Virus record (IMG/VR): IMGVR_UViG_2923307698_000005
DNA from: a virus
Taxonomy: Duplodnaviria > Heunggongvirae > Uroviricota > Caudoviricetes
Reading direction: 5' to 3' (one strand)
Length of the DNA: 16,073 nucleotides
The notes beneath the pieces are model-generated. The model was not told where the DNA came from and did no database searches. It was given only the letters and a program-made list of their open reading frames with translations. The position numbers and the translations under genes were made by a program. Shown one piece after another: positions 1 to 7,676 of the stretch (its first letter is position 1; every line of letters starts with the position of its first letter).

Positions 1-1461
1 ATGAAAAAATTACTGCGTCTTTTTTTCCCGCTCTCGCTGCGGGTACGTTTTCTGTTGGCAACGGCAGCGGTAGTACTGGTGCTTTCGCTTGCCTACGGAA
101 TGGTCGCGCTGATCGGTTATAGCGTCAGTTTCGATAAAACTACGTTTCGGCTGTTACGTGGCGAGAGCAATCTGTTCTATACCCTTGCGAAGTGGGAAAA
201 CAATAAGTTGCATGTCGAGTTACCCGAAAATATCGACAAGCAAAGCCCCACCATGACGCTAATTTATGATGAGAACGGGCAGCTTTTATGGGCGCAACGT
301 GACGTGCCCTGGCTGATGAAGATGATCCAGCCTGACTGGCTGAAATCGAATGGTTTTCATGAAATTGAAGCGGATGTTAACGATACCAGCCTCTTGCTGA
401 GTGGAGATCATTCGATACAGCAACAGTTGCAGGAAGTGCGGGAAGATGATGACGACGCGGAGATGACCCACTCGGTGGCGGTAAACGTCTACCCGGCAAC
501 ATCGCGGATGCCAAAATTAACCATTGTGGTGGTGGATACCATTCCGGTGGAGCTAAAAAGTTCCTATATGGTCTGGAGCTGGTTTATCTATGTGCTCTCA
601 GCCAATCTGCTGTTAGTGATCCCGCTGCTGTGGGTCGCCGCCTGGTGGAGTTTACGCCCCATCGAAGCCCTGGCAAAAGAAGTCCGCGAACTGGAAGAAC
701 ATAACCGCGAATTGCTCAATCCAGCCACAACGCGAGAACTGACCAGTCTGGTACGAAACCTGAACCGATTGTTAAAAAGTGAACGCGAACGTTACGACAA
801 ATACCGTACGACGCTCACCGACCTGACCCATAGTCTGAAAACGCCACTGGCGGTGCTGCAAAGTACGCTGCGTTCTCTGCGTAGTGAAAAGATGAGCGTC
901 AGTGATGCTGAGCCGGTAATGCTGGAGCAAATCAGCCGCATTTCACAGCAAATTGGCTACTACCTGCATCGTGCCAGTATGCGCGGCGGGACATTGCTCA
1001 GCCGCGAGCTGCATCCGGTCGCCCCACTGCTGGACAATCTCACCTCAGCGCTGAACAAAGTGTATCAACGCAAAGGGGTCAATATCTCTCTCGATATTTC
1101 GCCAGAGATCAGCTTTGTCGGTGAGCAGAACGATTTTGTCGAGGTGATGGGCAACGTGCTGGATAATGCCTGTAAATATTGCCTCGAGTTTGTCGAAATT
1201 TCTGCAAGGCAAACCGACGAGCATCTCTATATTGTGGTCGAGGATGATGGCCCCGGTATTCCATTAAGCAAGCGAGAGGTCATTTTCGACCGTGGTCAAC
1301 GGGTTGATACTTTACGCCCTGGGCAAGGTGTAGGGCTGGCGGTAGCCCGCGAAATCACCGAGCAATATGAGGGTAAAATCGTCGCCGGAGAGAGCATGCT
1401 GGGCGGTGCGCGGATGGAGGTGATTTTTGGTCGCCAGCATTCTGCGCCGAAAGATGAATAA
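1..1461 (+). CDS. phoQ: Sensor histidine kinase PhoQ, complete (486 aa)
   Basis: Full-length ORF starting at ATG at position 1. The translation has an N-terminal transmembrane segment, a periplasmic sensor region with an acidic patch (EDDDDAEM), a second transmembrane segment, a HAMP-like linker, the phospho-acceptor His box ([10 protein letters not shown]) and ATPase motifs ([20 protein letters not shown]). Recognised from memory as enterobacterial PhoQ; not checked by search. Confidence 0.95.
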   Translation: MKKLLRLFFPLSLRVRFLLATAAVVLVLSLAYGMVALIGYSVSFDKTTFRLLRGESNLFYTLAKWENNKLHVELPENIDKQSPTMTLIYDENGQLLWAQRDVPWLMKMIQPDWLKSNGFHEIEADVNDTSLLLSGDHSIQQQLQEVREDDDDAEMTHSVAVNVYPATSRMPKLTIVVVDTIPVELKSSYMVWSWFIYVLSANLLLVIPLLWVAAWWSLRPIEALAKEVRELEEHNRELLNPATTRELTSLVRNLNRLLKSERERYDKYRTTLTDLTHSLKTPLAVLQSTLRSLRSEKMSVSDAEPVMLEQISRISQQIGYYLHRASMRGGTLLSRELHPVAPLLDNLTSALNKVYQRKGVNISLDISPEISFVGEQNDFVEVMGNVLDNACKYCLEFVEISARQTDEHLYIVVEDDGPGIPLSKREVIFDRGQRVDTLRPGQGVGLAVAREITEQYEGKIVAGESMLGGARMEVIFGRQHSAPKDE

Positions 1462-1580
1462 ATATGTCCTTTTATCACCATATCAAGACAAGCCATTGAT
1501 TTAATTAAATAATCTTCACTGAAAAAAGTGCCAAAAATCGCAAATTGACTACACCATTAACTACACCGTTCGGTGCACCG

Positions 1581-1610
1581 TATGAAACAACGTGGAACAA
1601 ATAGACACAA
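1581..1610 (+). repeat. Site A: three 10-bp-phased direct repeats with an AACAA core (tatgAAACAA cgtgGAACAA atagACACAA)
   Basis: Read directly. Shares the 15-mer AACAACGTGGAACAA with site B (9049-9063). Confidence 0.4.
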
Positions 1611-1923
1611 GAAATATACAGGCGGATCATCTTTCCAGGGGGAAGCGCACCAATTCATGAGGGGCGTTAATGTCTATATGGGGATCCCCACCTACCGGAA
1701 TTTTTTTCCGGTTAAACGTTAATCAGGCTGGTGGGCTTTACCTGTTCGGTAGGTGTTATGATAATCGTAATACCTTTCCCCCAATGGGGTAAAAGCATCA
1801 ACCGTAACGAAAGTCGTTATGGTTGCCACTGATACCCCAAATTTGGGTATCACGAGTAAGCCCCAAAATCTGGGTGTTACTCTTACTACCCAAACTACGG
1901 GTAGTTTCCGTAGTTTCATGGTC

Positions 1924-1943
1924 GAGTTGCAGATCTGCAACTC
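1924..1943. repeat. Perfect 20-bp palindrome GAGTTGCAGATCTGCAACTC
   Basis: Reverse complement is identical to the forward sequence, centred on AGATCT. Confidence 0.9.
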
Positions 1944-2197
1944 CCCCATTAACCACAGGCGAATTTCCGCCTTCGGTCATTCCTTAATCATCTGCGTAAT
2001 CATAATGATTATTCAGCAAGCGCAATTTTGCGCTTTGCTTAAAGTTCAGCGAGTTACCGCGCCGACTTCCTCAAATTGAGGTTTCCGAAAATATCAGCGG
2101 GTTAGCGATTAAGCTGACCATTAATTAAACTGCGAAAATGTCGTAGTTGTGAGGGGTGTAGCCAACCTATTTTTGGGCCGTCGGGAATATCAACCAG

Positions 2198-2479
2198 TTA
2201 CCGCCGCAACCGCTCCGGCTTCTTCCAGTGGTACGTTATTTTCTCCTTCTCCCGATACATCTCCACGCGGCGACGGTAGGCCAGCAACTCAAGAACTCTG
2301 GTTCGTATGTTGCGCATATCCACGCCATTAAGTTCTATACCATCACGGCGCATCACCTCAGCAACAACACGCGCATAGTTTTCGGCTGTCACGCTGTCCG
2401 GCTGCGTGGCCTGTTCGTCAGCCTGCTGGCTGATTCCGGCAACGCGGCGGATTAATCCCGTTATTTCGGCTTCTGTCAT
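2198..2479 (-). CDS. Hypothetical protein (93 aa), last gene of the packaging operon
   Basis: ATG start at 2479 with GAGG upstream; lies 14 bp downstream of the terL stop on the same strand. Basic C-terminus (HWKKPERLRR). No family recognised. Confidence 0.5.
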   Translation of the reverse strand: MTEAEITGLIRRVAGISQQADEQATQPDSVTAENYARVVAEVMRRDGIELNGVDMRNIRTRVLELLAYRRRVEMYREKEKITYHWKKPERLRR

Positions 2480-2492
2480 GCTGCTGACCTCA

Positions 2493-4154
2493 TTACACCC
2501 CGCTAAATTCTTCCAGTTTCTGGCGGTGGCTGTCGCTTATATCAAAAGCAAAATCCTCATGCTCTGCCTGGAATGTACCAAACGCCATCAGCGCCGCCAC
2601 GCTCGGGTCTATCTTGTTCGGTGATTTTTTCTTGTTCGGCTTGATATTGGCGTTCGCGTCACTCTGCATCACGACGTTACTCATCGACCAGGACAACACC
2701 GGATCGCCACGATGCACAATCACCCTGCGGTTAACAAAAACTTCGAACGATTTCGCCGCCGGACTGAATCTGAGGTAGGTTTGCGGGAACGGCTCCACCT
2801 CAAAACCTGCCCCCTGTAATTGCGTTCTGAGATGCGTGGCGTTCCACGTATCAAAGCCCACCAGCCTGATATTAAATTTCTCCGCGTCCTGCATGATGTC
2901 ATCTCTGATCCGGTCGTAATCAATGCAGTCGCCAGGCGTTGTGCGTATCCAGCCTGCTTTAGCCCACTGACGATAGATGGCGCGGTTTTTATTGGCGGGG
3001 TTCTGTAGCTGAAATTCCGGCAGATAGTGACGGGAAACCAGCATAATGGTTTTACCGACCGGAAAGGCATAGCACACGCTGGAAATATCGCTGGTTGATG
3101 ATAAGTCCAGCCCCGCGTAACACTCCTGGCCGTGTAAATCTTCCTCCGTGAACGTTCCGGCACACTCAGCCCATGCGCCGTTACCCATCCACGGGGTAGC
3201 CCCCTGGCACCAGATATTAAATCGCTTTGTCATCATCTCCACCCACTGCGACGGAATACCCCGCGCTTTCTGGATGGTTGAGGCCAGTTTTTCACGATCG
3301 ACGGAAACATCAATATTAGGGTTCGCCTTTATCCACATCGCCGGATCATCAACCTCGTTTTCGTCGTCCAGTTCGTAAATCAGTACAAAAATTGAATCGT
3401 TAACCTCTTCGCCGTCCAGGATCTGGCAGCAATAATCATAGTGCTGCTTACAGGCTGAAACGACGTTGCTGCCTGATGTGGTAATGGCAAATAACAGCCC
3501 TTCGGGACGTGCGCCCATCCCCAGCTCAAGCGCGGAATAAACGCCGTTATCGGGGTGCAAGTGGTATTCGTCCACGATGGAAAGGCTGGGGTTTGTTCCC
3601 TCGATGGTTGCCGCTTTTGCTGCCAGCGGCTTTAACAGGCTGTTGCTTTTCGGGTGTATCACCTTATGCGCCTGAATATTCACCCGCCTGCGTAACGGTC
3701 GGGATAAAAGGCACATCTGACGCGCATCATCAAAGACGATCCGCGCCTGGTCACGGCTCACCGCTGCGGTGTAGATATCCTGCTGACCGTTCTCCATAAT
3801 CAGAAACCAGTTAGCCAGAATCGCGGCGGTCGTTGATTTCGCATTTTTGCGCGGCACTTCGATAAAGGCGCTCGTATATTTGCGCCGTCCGGTGGCCTTA
3901 ACCTTAAAGCCGAGGATGCACGCAAAGGCGAACTGCTGCCACGGCTCCAGCTCAATGGGTCTGCCACGCATCGGCCCTTTTACGTGCGGGCACACCCTGG
4001 AAAAGGCAATAAACCGATCCACAACCTCACGATCGAACGTGTAAAGGGGGCTTTTAAGGTCCGAAAAGTACCGTTTAACGGCCTGTTTCAGCCGTTTACA
4101 GGCCGGAATTTTGCCCGTTTTTACGTCTTCTGCGTACTTATTCCAGGCGGTCAA
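2493..4154 (-). CDS. Terminase large subunit (553 aa)
   Basis: Translation has an ATPase P-loop-like motif (VPRKNAKST), a Walker B-like SIVDEYH, and a C-terminal nuclease-like region, as in HK97-type TerL. The only in-frame start that keeps the conserved N-terminus is TTG at 4154 with AGGA six nt upstream; it overlaps the terS 3' end by 17 nt. Confidence 0.9.
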   Translation of the reverse strand: MTAWNKYAEDVKTGKIPACKRLKQAVKRYFSDLKSPLYTFDREVVDRFIAFSRVCPHVKGPMRGRPIELEPWQQFAFACILGFKVKATGRRKYTSAFIEVPRKNAKSTTAAILANWFLIMENGQQDIYTAAVSRDQARIVFDDARQMCLLSRPLRRRVNIQAHKVIHPKSNSLLKPLAAKAATIEGTNPSLSIVDEYHLHPDNGVYSALELGMGARPEGLLFAITTSGSNVVSACKQHYDYCCQILDGEEVNDSIFVLIYELDDENEVDDPAMWIKANPNIDVSVDREKLASTIQKARGIPSQWVEMMTKRFNIWCQGATPWMGNGAWAECAGTFTEEDLHGQECYAGLDLSSTSDISSVCYAFPVGKTIMLVSRHYLPEFQLQNPANKNRAIYRQWAKAGWIRTTPGDCIDYDRIRDDIMQDAEKFNIRLVGFDTWNATHLRTQLQGAGFEVEPFPQTYLRFSPAAKSFEVFVNRRVIVHRGDPVLSWSMSNVVMQSDANANIKPNKKKSPNKIDPSVAALMAFGTFQAEHEDFAFDISDSHRQKLEEFSGV

Positions 4155-4494
4155 GCTCGTCCTCTTCTTCTGTTTCCGGTGGATTTTTACGGCGGCTTAT
4201 CGGGTCAAAACCGAGCAAGGAGGCCATTTTTATCATCACTCTTTCCGCGTCGGATTTCGCGCTTAATGCGGGGTTTCTGCTCTCTCCGCCCTGACTGTTA
4301 ACAATGCTGAACCCGCGCGCCGCAAGGTCTGCGACGGCTTTCCGGTATATCGAGTAATTGACGCAATACAGTTCCAGATTGCTCCAGTCGGCGGGAGTCA
4401 GGTCACCCCGTTCCGCAAGCTGCCGCGATTTTTCCCGCCACTGCTTCACGGCGATATCATCCAGGTAGGCGGGGGCTTTCGGTGGTCTTGCCAT
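4138..4494 (-). CDS. Terminase small subunit, P27-like (118 aa)
   Basis: ATG at 4494. Sits directly upstream of and overlapping terL. Translation resembles the P27-family small terminase (DLTPADWSNLELYCVNYSIY) with an acidic C-terminal tail. Confidence 0.8.
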   Translation of the reverse strand: MARPPKAPAYLDDIAVKQWREKSRQLAERGDLTPADWSNLELYCVNYSIYRKAVADLAARGFSIVNSQGGESRNPALSAKSDAERVMIKMASLLGFDPISRRKNPPETEEEDELDRLE

Positions 4495-4539
4495 GCTTAT
4501 TTTTTCGCCAGATTATTTTTCAAAAAATTCCCGTGCATA

Positions 4540-4610
4540 AAAATTTGAGGAGGCGGTCGGTGCCCGGCGGGGTCGGGTTTGTCCTGAAAACGCCCCCCAC
4601 CCCGTCATAC
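4540..4610. other. Candidate cos (cohesive-end) packaging site: GC-rich tract between the HNH gene and terS
   Basis: GGAGGCGGTCGGTGCCCGGCGGGGTCGGGTTTGTCC...CGCCCCCCACCCCGTC, 50-110 bp upstream of the terS start. The HNH-cos-terS arrangement is typical of HK97-like cos phages. Positional inference only. Confidence 0.3.
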
Positions 4611-4783
4611 AGCCTCATCAGCGATTGCGGAAACATTCCATAACCTCGCGGTCACGGTCGGTTAATCGCTTCGCTGTGATGCGTTCTGCGCATCCTGACG
4701 CTTTATCTTTATGCCCTGTTTCCTGTGTCTTCCATGCGTCACGCTGCCTTATAAGTCCACGGATAAGGCGGTTTTGTTCCCGC

Positions 4784-5224
4784 TCATTCATCAGCGTCAT
4801 ACATCCAGTTATTGCGGTTAGCGGCCCGTTCTTCCTCTTCACGAAATCCACCTGCGGCACGCTTACTTTTTGTTGCCGGATCAAGCCATTTCGTTTTCTG
4901 GTTATGGCACGCCTGACACAATGGTTGATGGTTCCATTCGGGCCAGAAGAGAACATCATCACCGCCATTAATCGGGATAATGTGATCCACCACCACGGCG
5001 GGCGTATATATCCCCTTCTCAAGGCATCGCACGCATAACGGGTTTTTACTCAGATACATGGCGCGGTATTTGTCCCACTGTCTGGAGTACCCACGCGCGC
5101 GGCGGTGTCCTCGTCTGGCATCCTCTGCACGCCATGCCGCCCGCCTGTGCTCCTCACACTTGCCGGACTTCACGCGCCTGTTACAGCCTGGTTCTGTGCA
5201 TCGTCTTAATGGTTGCCACGGCAT
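4784..5224 (-). CDS. HNH endonuclease, terminase-associated type (146 aa)
   Basis: Cysteine and histidine zinc-finger-like HNH motifs (CVRCLEKG, VDHIIP, NHQPLCQACHNQKT). Lies between the head-tail connector and terS. Confidence 0.85.
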   Translation of the reverse strand: MPWQPLRRCTEPGCNRRVKSGKCEEHRRAAWRAEDARRGHRRARGYSRQWDKYRAMYLSKNPLCVRCLEKGIYTPAVVVDHIIPINGGDDVLFWPEWNHQPLCQACHNQKTKWLDPATKSKRAAGGFREEEERAANRNNWMYDADE

Positions 5225-5520
5225 CAGTACACCCCCACATCACGGTAAGCCGTCCAGAGTGCACCAATCGTCATGGGTACGCGTGTTTTTGCGTTATCCG
5301 CGACAATCTGGCGATTTTCATACAGGTGAGCGATAAACATCATGCAGCCAATCTTTATGGCTGGCGTGAACTCCAGCCCGTCATCAAAGCGCCTGCCTAT
5401 GTGTATCTGGCACGCCTCAAGCGATGCGGCAATGTATCCGCTGATTAACTGGTCTTCCTCGTCGCCATCGATGCGGCAATGGAGTTTCACTTCTTCCAGG
5501 GTGATAAGTTCTTCTGTCAT
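5224..5520 (-). CDS. Head-tail connector protein, gp6-like (98 aa)
   Basis: Size, position after the head closure gene, and translation consistent with the gp6-like connector family. Its ATG overlaps the upstream stop (ATGA). Confidence 0.65.
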   Translation of the reverse strand: MTEELITLEEVKLHCRIDGDEEDQLISGYIAASLEACQIHIGRRFDDGLEFTPAIKIGCMMFIAHLYENRQIVADNAKTRVPMTIGALWTAYRDVGVY

Positions 5521-5855
5521 TTTTCCGCGCCCTCACGACAAAGAATTTCAAGGCGTGTCCTGGCGGCATCCGGCAGCGGCTGCCCGATGATATTCAGTAC
5601 ACGCCCCGCCAGCGGCCCCGTATTGACCTTTATCCGGCTGGTGGCGTTGATGTCCTTCCTGTAGCGTATCCATACCCTTACCGTTCCAGTCGCCAGTTCT
5701 GCACCCGATGAAATGGCCTCCTTGCTGCTGATCATGTTCACGCTTGCCCAGAGTGTGTGACCGTCCACCCACGTTTCGAGTATTTCGCCCGTCATGGCTC
5801 TGGTCTGTTTCAGGGTCTGAATCGTTACCCTGTCACGCAGTCGCCCTATGTTCAT
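5517..5855 (-). CDS. Head closure / head-tail joining protein (112 aa from the ATG at 5855)
   Basis: Translation MNIGRLRDRVTIQ...VRVWIRYRKDI resembles the phage head-tail joining family. The track ORF starts at 5897, but the ATG at 5855 forms an ATGA overlap with the portal stop and has GAGGGA upstream, so 5855 is preferred. Confidence 0.65.
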   Translation of the reverse strand: MNIGRLRDRVTIQTLKQTRAMTGEILETWVDGHTLWASVNMISSKEAISSGAELATGTVRVWIRYRKDINATSRIKVNTGPLAGRVLNIIGQPLPDAARTRLEILCREGAEK

Positions 5856-7063
5856 TCCGGTTTTTCTCCCTCGCTGATTTTTACTTCCTGTTTCCATGCC
5901 TGGCTGAACTCATCACCACCATCACGCGGTGACAGTCCTTCACGTTCGCGGGCTTCGTTCGGACACATAACGCCGGATTTGATGCCGCGCTCATAGGTGG
6001 CAAAGCGTTCGCCAGGTGTGGCCCGTAACAGGTCCGCGCTGTCAAACTCCACCTGATACCGGATACCAGGTACAGGCGAGGCCACCAGCAGGGCGTTTTT
6101 TATCTGCTGCTCAAAGTTCGCCAGCCACGGGCGCATCGTCATGGTGAGAAATGCGCGGCTTGCCTCGCTGAAATTGCTGTAGGTGCTGTTGCTGTATTCC
6201 TGCAAAAAAATCGGCGAGACGTTGAACATTCTGGCGATGTCTTCAATGGTGAAGCGACGGGAGGCCAGCCATTCAGCATCCTGATTACTCATGCCCAGCT
6301 GCTGATAGCTCATACCCCCTTCAAGGATGGGCGTTTTTCCGGCGTTTCTGGCCCCTTTGTAGCGTTCCAGTGCGGCTAATGCCTGTTTGCCCTTCACGCC
6401 GTCCAGCCATTCGCCTGACGTGATAACCCCTGCCGCCATCATGCCATCACGCATCACGCTCGCGCCGTGGCGTTGTTGGGCCAGCCCAAGCCCCAGCGAT
6501 TCGCGGCAGATGGTTACAGGTGAGCGCCCCATAAAACCGTCATCCGTGGAGTAACGAAGGTGGAGAACCTCCCACGGTAAATAGTTGCGGGTGTTTCCGG
6601 TGTAGGCGTCAGTGATGCAGTAGCGCCAGTTATGCTCACCTGTCTGCTCAACGTTCACCGACTGCGGCGGGTAAGGATGCAAAGCGACCGGAAAACCATC
6701 ACGCCCCCACTGAATCACCGCATAAGCATTACCGTTTAACAGGCAGTGGCGGATCATCATTCGCTTAAACTGGTAGGGGGTTTGCCATGCGTTCGGGCGC
6801 TCGTTGAGGATGTGATCGACCGGATGAGAATCAAGCCACTCGCGGGCCTCCTTCCCCTTCTCATTGCGTACCAGGTACAGGTAACACGGCATGGTAGCCA
6901 CCGCCTCAGAGATGACCGTCACGGCGTTCATGACGGCGGGCAGTGATTCCGCTGTCCCCGATGATACGTACTCACCCGCCCCCGTGTTCGATGTGCCAGC
7001 CAGCGCCATAAACTCATCAAGCGTCATGCTGCGCTGCTCTTTTTTTCTTCTGAAAGGCCACAT
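5852..7063 (-). CDS. Portal protein, HK97 family (403 aa)
   Basis: Size, position and translation consistent with HK97-type portals. ATG at 7063 with GGGGG upstream. Confidence 0.85.
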   Translation of the reverse strand: MWPFRRKKEQRSMTLDEFMALAGTSNTGAGEYVSSGTAESLPAVMNAVTVISEAVATMPCYLYLVRNEKGKEAREWLDSHPVDHILNERPNAWQTPYQFKRMMIRHCLLNGNAYAVIQWGRDGFPVALHPYPPQSVNVEQTGEHNWRYCITDAYTGNTRNYLPWEVLHLRYSTDDGFMGRSPVTICRESLGLGLAQQRHGASVMRDGMMAAGVITSGEWLDGVKGKQALAALERYKGARNAGKTPILEGGMSYQQLGMSNQDAEWLASRRFTIEDIARMFNVSPIFLQEYSNSTYSNFSEASRAFLTMTMRPWLANFEQQIKNALLVASPVPGIRYQVEFDSADLLRATPGERFATYERGIKSGVMCPNEAREREGLSPRDGGDEFSQAWKQEVKISEGEKPE

Positions 7064-7064
7064 A

Positions 7065-7637
7065 TCACACCCCCGCTAAATCCGCCCACCAGCGGCGATT
7101 ATCCGCACGCGGCATTTTTTCGGGGTGCTGCTCATACAGGGAACGGCGGGCCAGCTCCACGTCGGAATCAGGGTAAGCCGGTACGGATGTAACGGTAATT
7201 TCGTACAGTTCCGCCACCAGCACGGTGCGCACGCATGGATCTGTTGTGGTATCCCATACATCCTTACGGGAACGAAAGCCAAAGCTCATGCCGGATATAT
7301 CACCTCGTTTAACCAGTTCGATAACGTCGCGCCCTGTACTGGTATCCGGTGGGGTCAGTTCAAAGCGTAACCCTGTTTCGTCCTCTTCCAGTTTCAGCGT
7401 GCCGGAACGGGTGCGCCCCAGTAACATGCTGTGGTCATGCTCATACAGGCCGCGAACGTCATTACCCGCCGCAAGCCATTCAGTAAACGCCCCCCGCTGG
7501 AATTTTTCGTAAAACTCACCCCATAACAGTTCTGAAAGCTTATCCCAGCGAACAATGTAGCCCGTCAGCGTACCGGCTCCGCTGGTGGTGATTTCCGATG
7601 ACCGGATTTCCATACTCTTCATAATTTTTTCACCCAT
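7065..7637 (-). CDS. Prohead maturation protease, HK97 family (190 aa)
   Basis: Lies between the capsid and portal genes; translation consistent with HK97 prohead protease. Start is ambiguous between ATGs at 7637, 7622 and 7613. Confidence 0.8.
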   Translation of the reverse strand: MGEKIMKSMEIRSSEITTSGAGTLTGYIVRWDKLSELLWGEFYEKFQRGAFTEWLAAGNDVRGLYEHDHSMLLGRTRSGTLKLEEDETGLRFELTPPDTSTGRDVIELVKRGDISGMSFGFRSRKDVWDTTTDPCVRTVLVAELYEITVTSVPAYPDSDVELARRSLYEQHPEKMPRADNRRWWADLAGV

Positions 7638-7646
7638 AAAACACTA

Positions 7647-7666
7647 AAGGGGCTTTTAAGCCCCTT
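7647..7666 (-). promoter_or_regulatory. Intergenic stem-loop between the capsid and protease genes (AAGGGGCTT/AAGCCCCTT)
   Basis: Perfect inverted repeat in the 39-bp gap after the capsid stop, followed on the minus strand by UUAGUGUUUU. Consistent with a partial terminator or mRNA-stabilising hairpin that raises capsid expression relative to downstream genes. Confidence 0.35.
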
Positions 7667-7676
7667 CTGTATGCTA

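Larger units (their letters stand above)
1462..2197. other. 736-bp non-coding, highly structured junction region between the phoQ stop and the last satellite gene; candidate att-containing and regulatory region
   Basis: No convincing ORF with a ribosome-binding site. Contains perfect palindromes CGGTGCACCG (1571-1580), TGGGGATCCCCA (1679-1690), CCCAAATTTGGG (1836-1847) and GAGTTGCAGATCTGCAACTC (1924-1943), a hairpin CCGGAA-TTTTT-TTCCGG (1695-1711), and nested inverted repeats CTACCC/GGGTAG and AAACTAC/GTAGTTT (1886-1907). Confidence 0.4.

Noticed and set aside
1719-2079. Short ORFs of 60-86 aa on both strands in the junction region
   Set aside because: They run through the palindromes, have no ribosome-binding sites, and have implausible composition; the region is treated as non-coding.
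2720-3163. 147-aa minus-strand ORF and several 60-100-aa plus-strand ORFs inside terL (2493-4154)
   Set aside because: Alternative-frame or antisense ORFs inside a well-supported terminase gene; arginine- and serine-rich translations typical of off-frame reads.
4618-5038. 134-aa minus-strand and 137-aa plus-strand ORFs overlapping the HNH gene
   Set aside because: Overlap the HNH coding frame. Only the 3' 60 codons (4618-4800) lie outside HNH, and that piece has no clear ribosome-binding site; it is kept as a low-confidence note in the findings, not as a feature.
5134-5590. Plus-strand ORFs of 82-104 aa opposite the connector and head closure genes
   Set aside because: Antisense to well-supported, translationally coupled structural genes.
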